From contig ADNK01001197.1 in the NCBI GenBank assembly GCA_000320545.1, forward strand, positions 62,001-126,000: 64,000 nt of DNA. Direction: 5' to 3'. This document shows positions 63,532-64,000 of this stretch, one piece after another. Every line of letters begins with the position of its first letter. Within the stretch, counting starts at the first letter, position 1. Below the pieces are notes generated by a model, which did not search any database, was not told where the DNA came from, and worked only from the letters and a program-made list of their open reading frames with translations. The translations under genes were made by a program, and so were the position numbers. Source of the stretch: Bigelowiella natans CCMP2755. Taxonomy: Eukaryota; Protista; Cercozoa.

Positions 63532-64000
63532 TGATGATGATGATGACGTTGATGGAACATGGGGCAGAGAAACGTGATTAAAGCTACCTTAATGTGATAA
63601 ATGTGACTCATTCGAATGAAATTAATGCGCAGTTAATACATTTATTGCATGCATCACAAACATAACAAACACGAATAACGAGAACTTCTACCTTTAGGAC
63701 TAGGTAGGCCACTGTTAGATCATAGAATAAAGCTTCCCTCCTCTTCATGTTTTGCTAAACAATTCAAATTTTATCCTCAGGTACTGCACAATTTCGTCGT
63801 TTCGGATTTGTGATATAGGTGCGCAGGAATAATATCACAGAGGAGATAACCAAGCCTTTTCACAGTTTTATTAGGTTTGTATCTACCAGAACTTGGGGAT
63901 TCTGCTCCTCTTCCATTTGGCCAACTTCATAGTTTGGACATGCGTAGACTACCCTCCTACATGCAACACATTACTGCTGTAAACCACCATCGTGCTACTG
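60716..64000 (-). CDS. Low-complexity acidic/Arg-Ser-rich protein; large terminal exon 60716-~62490, upstream exons probably run to or past the window end
   Basis: 587-aa ORF with a poly-E/D half followed by an R/S-rich half. Short exon-like segments lie upstream. No domain recognised. Confidence 0.5.

Overview
Gene-dense eukaryotic (protist-like) nuclear DNA with short GT-AG introns full of microsatellites. A chlorarachniophyte/Rhizaria-like alga is my unverified guess. I assembled about 19 protein-coding genes by hand: a giant ARM-repeat protein, a USP deubiquitinase, TauE/SafE, a VOC/methylmalonyl-CoA epimerase-like protein, a REX4-like pseudo-exonuclease, epsin/ENTH, GH18, MAP2K, a CAMK-like kinase, ankyrin-RING, a TSP1 protein, a mitochondrial carrier, a hypothetical protein, UspA, CD2BP2, PRORP, PEX7, a FAD2-like desaturase and a low-complexity protein. 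The most striking signal is architectural. Gene strands alternate almost perfectly (17 of 18 junctions). All nine tail-to-tail spacers, plus a probable dead gene at 17.3-18.7 kb, are rich in TGCA, CATG and CTAG. In the blocks I counted, TpA survives almost only as CTA/TAG, consistent with a localized TpA->TpG/CpA mutational process that spares CTAG. A recurrent 14-mer (CATGTCTAGATGTG, the converted form of TATATCTAGATATA) and a local tandem duplication suggest the direction of change. No rRNA, tRNA, CRISPR array or intact transposon was recognised. Exon boundaries and counts are manual and approximate.
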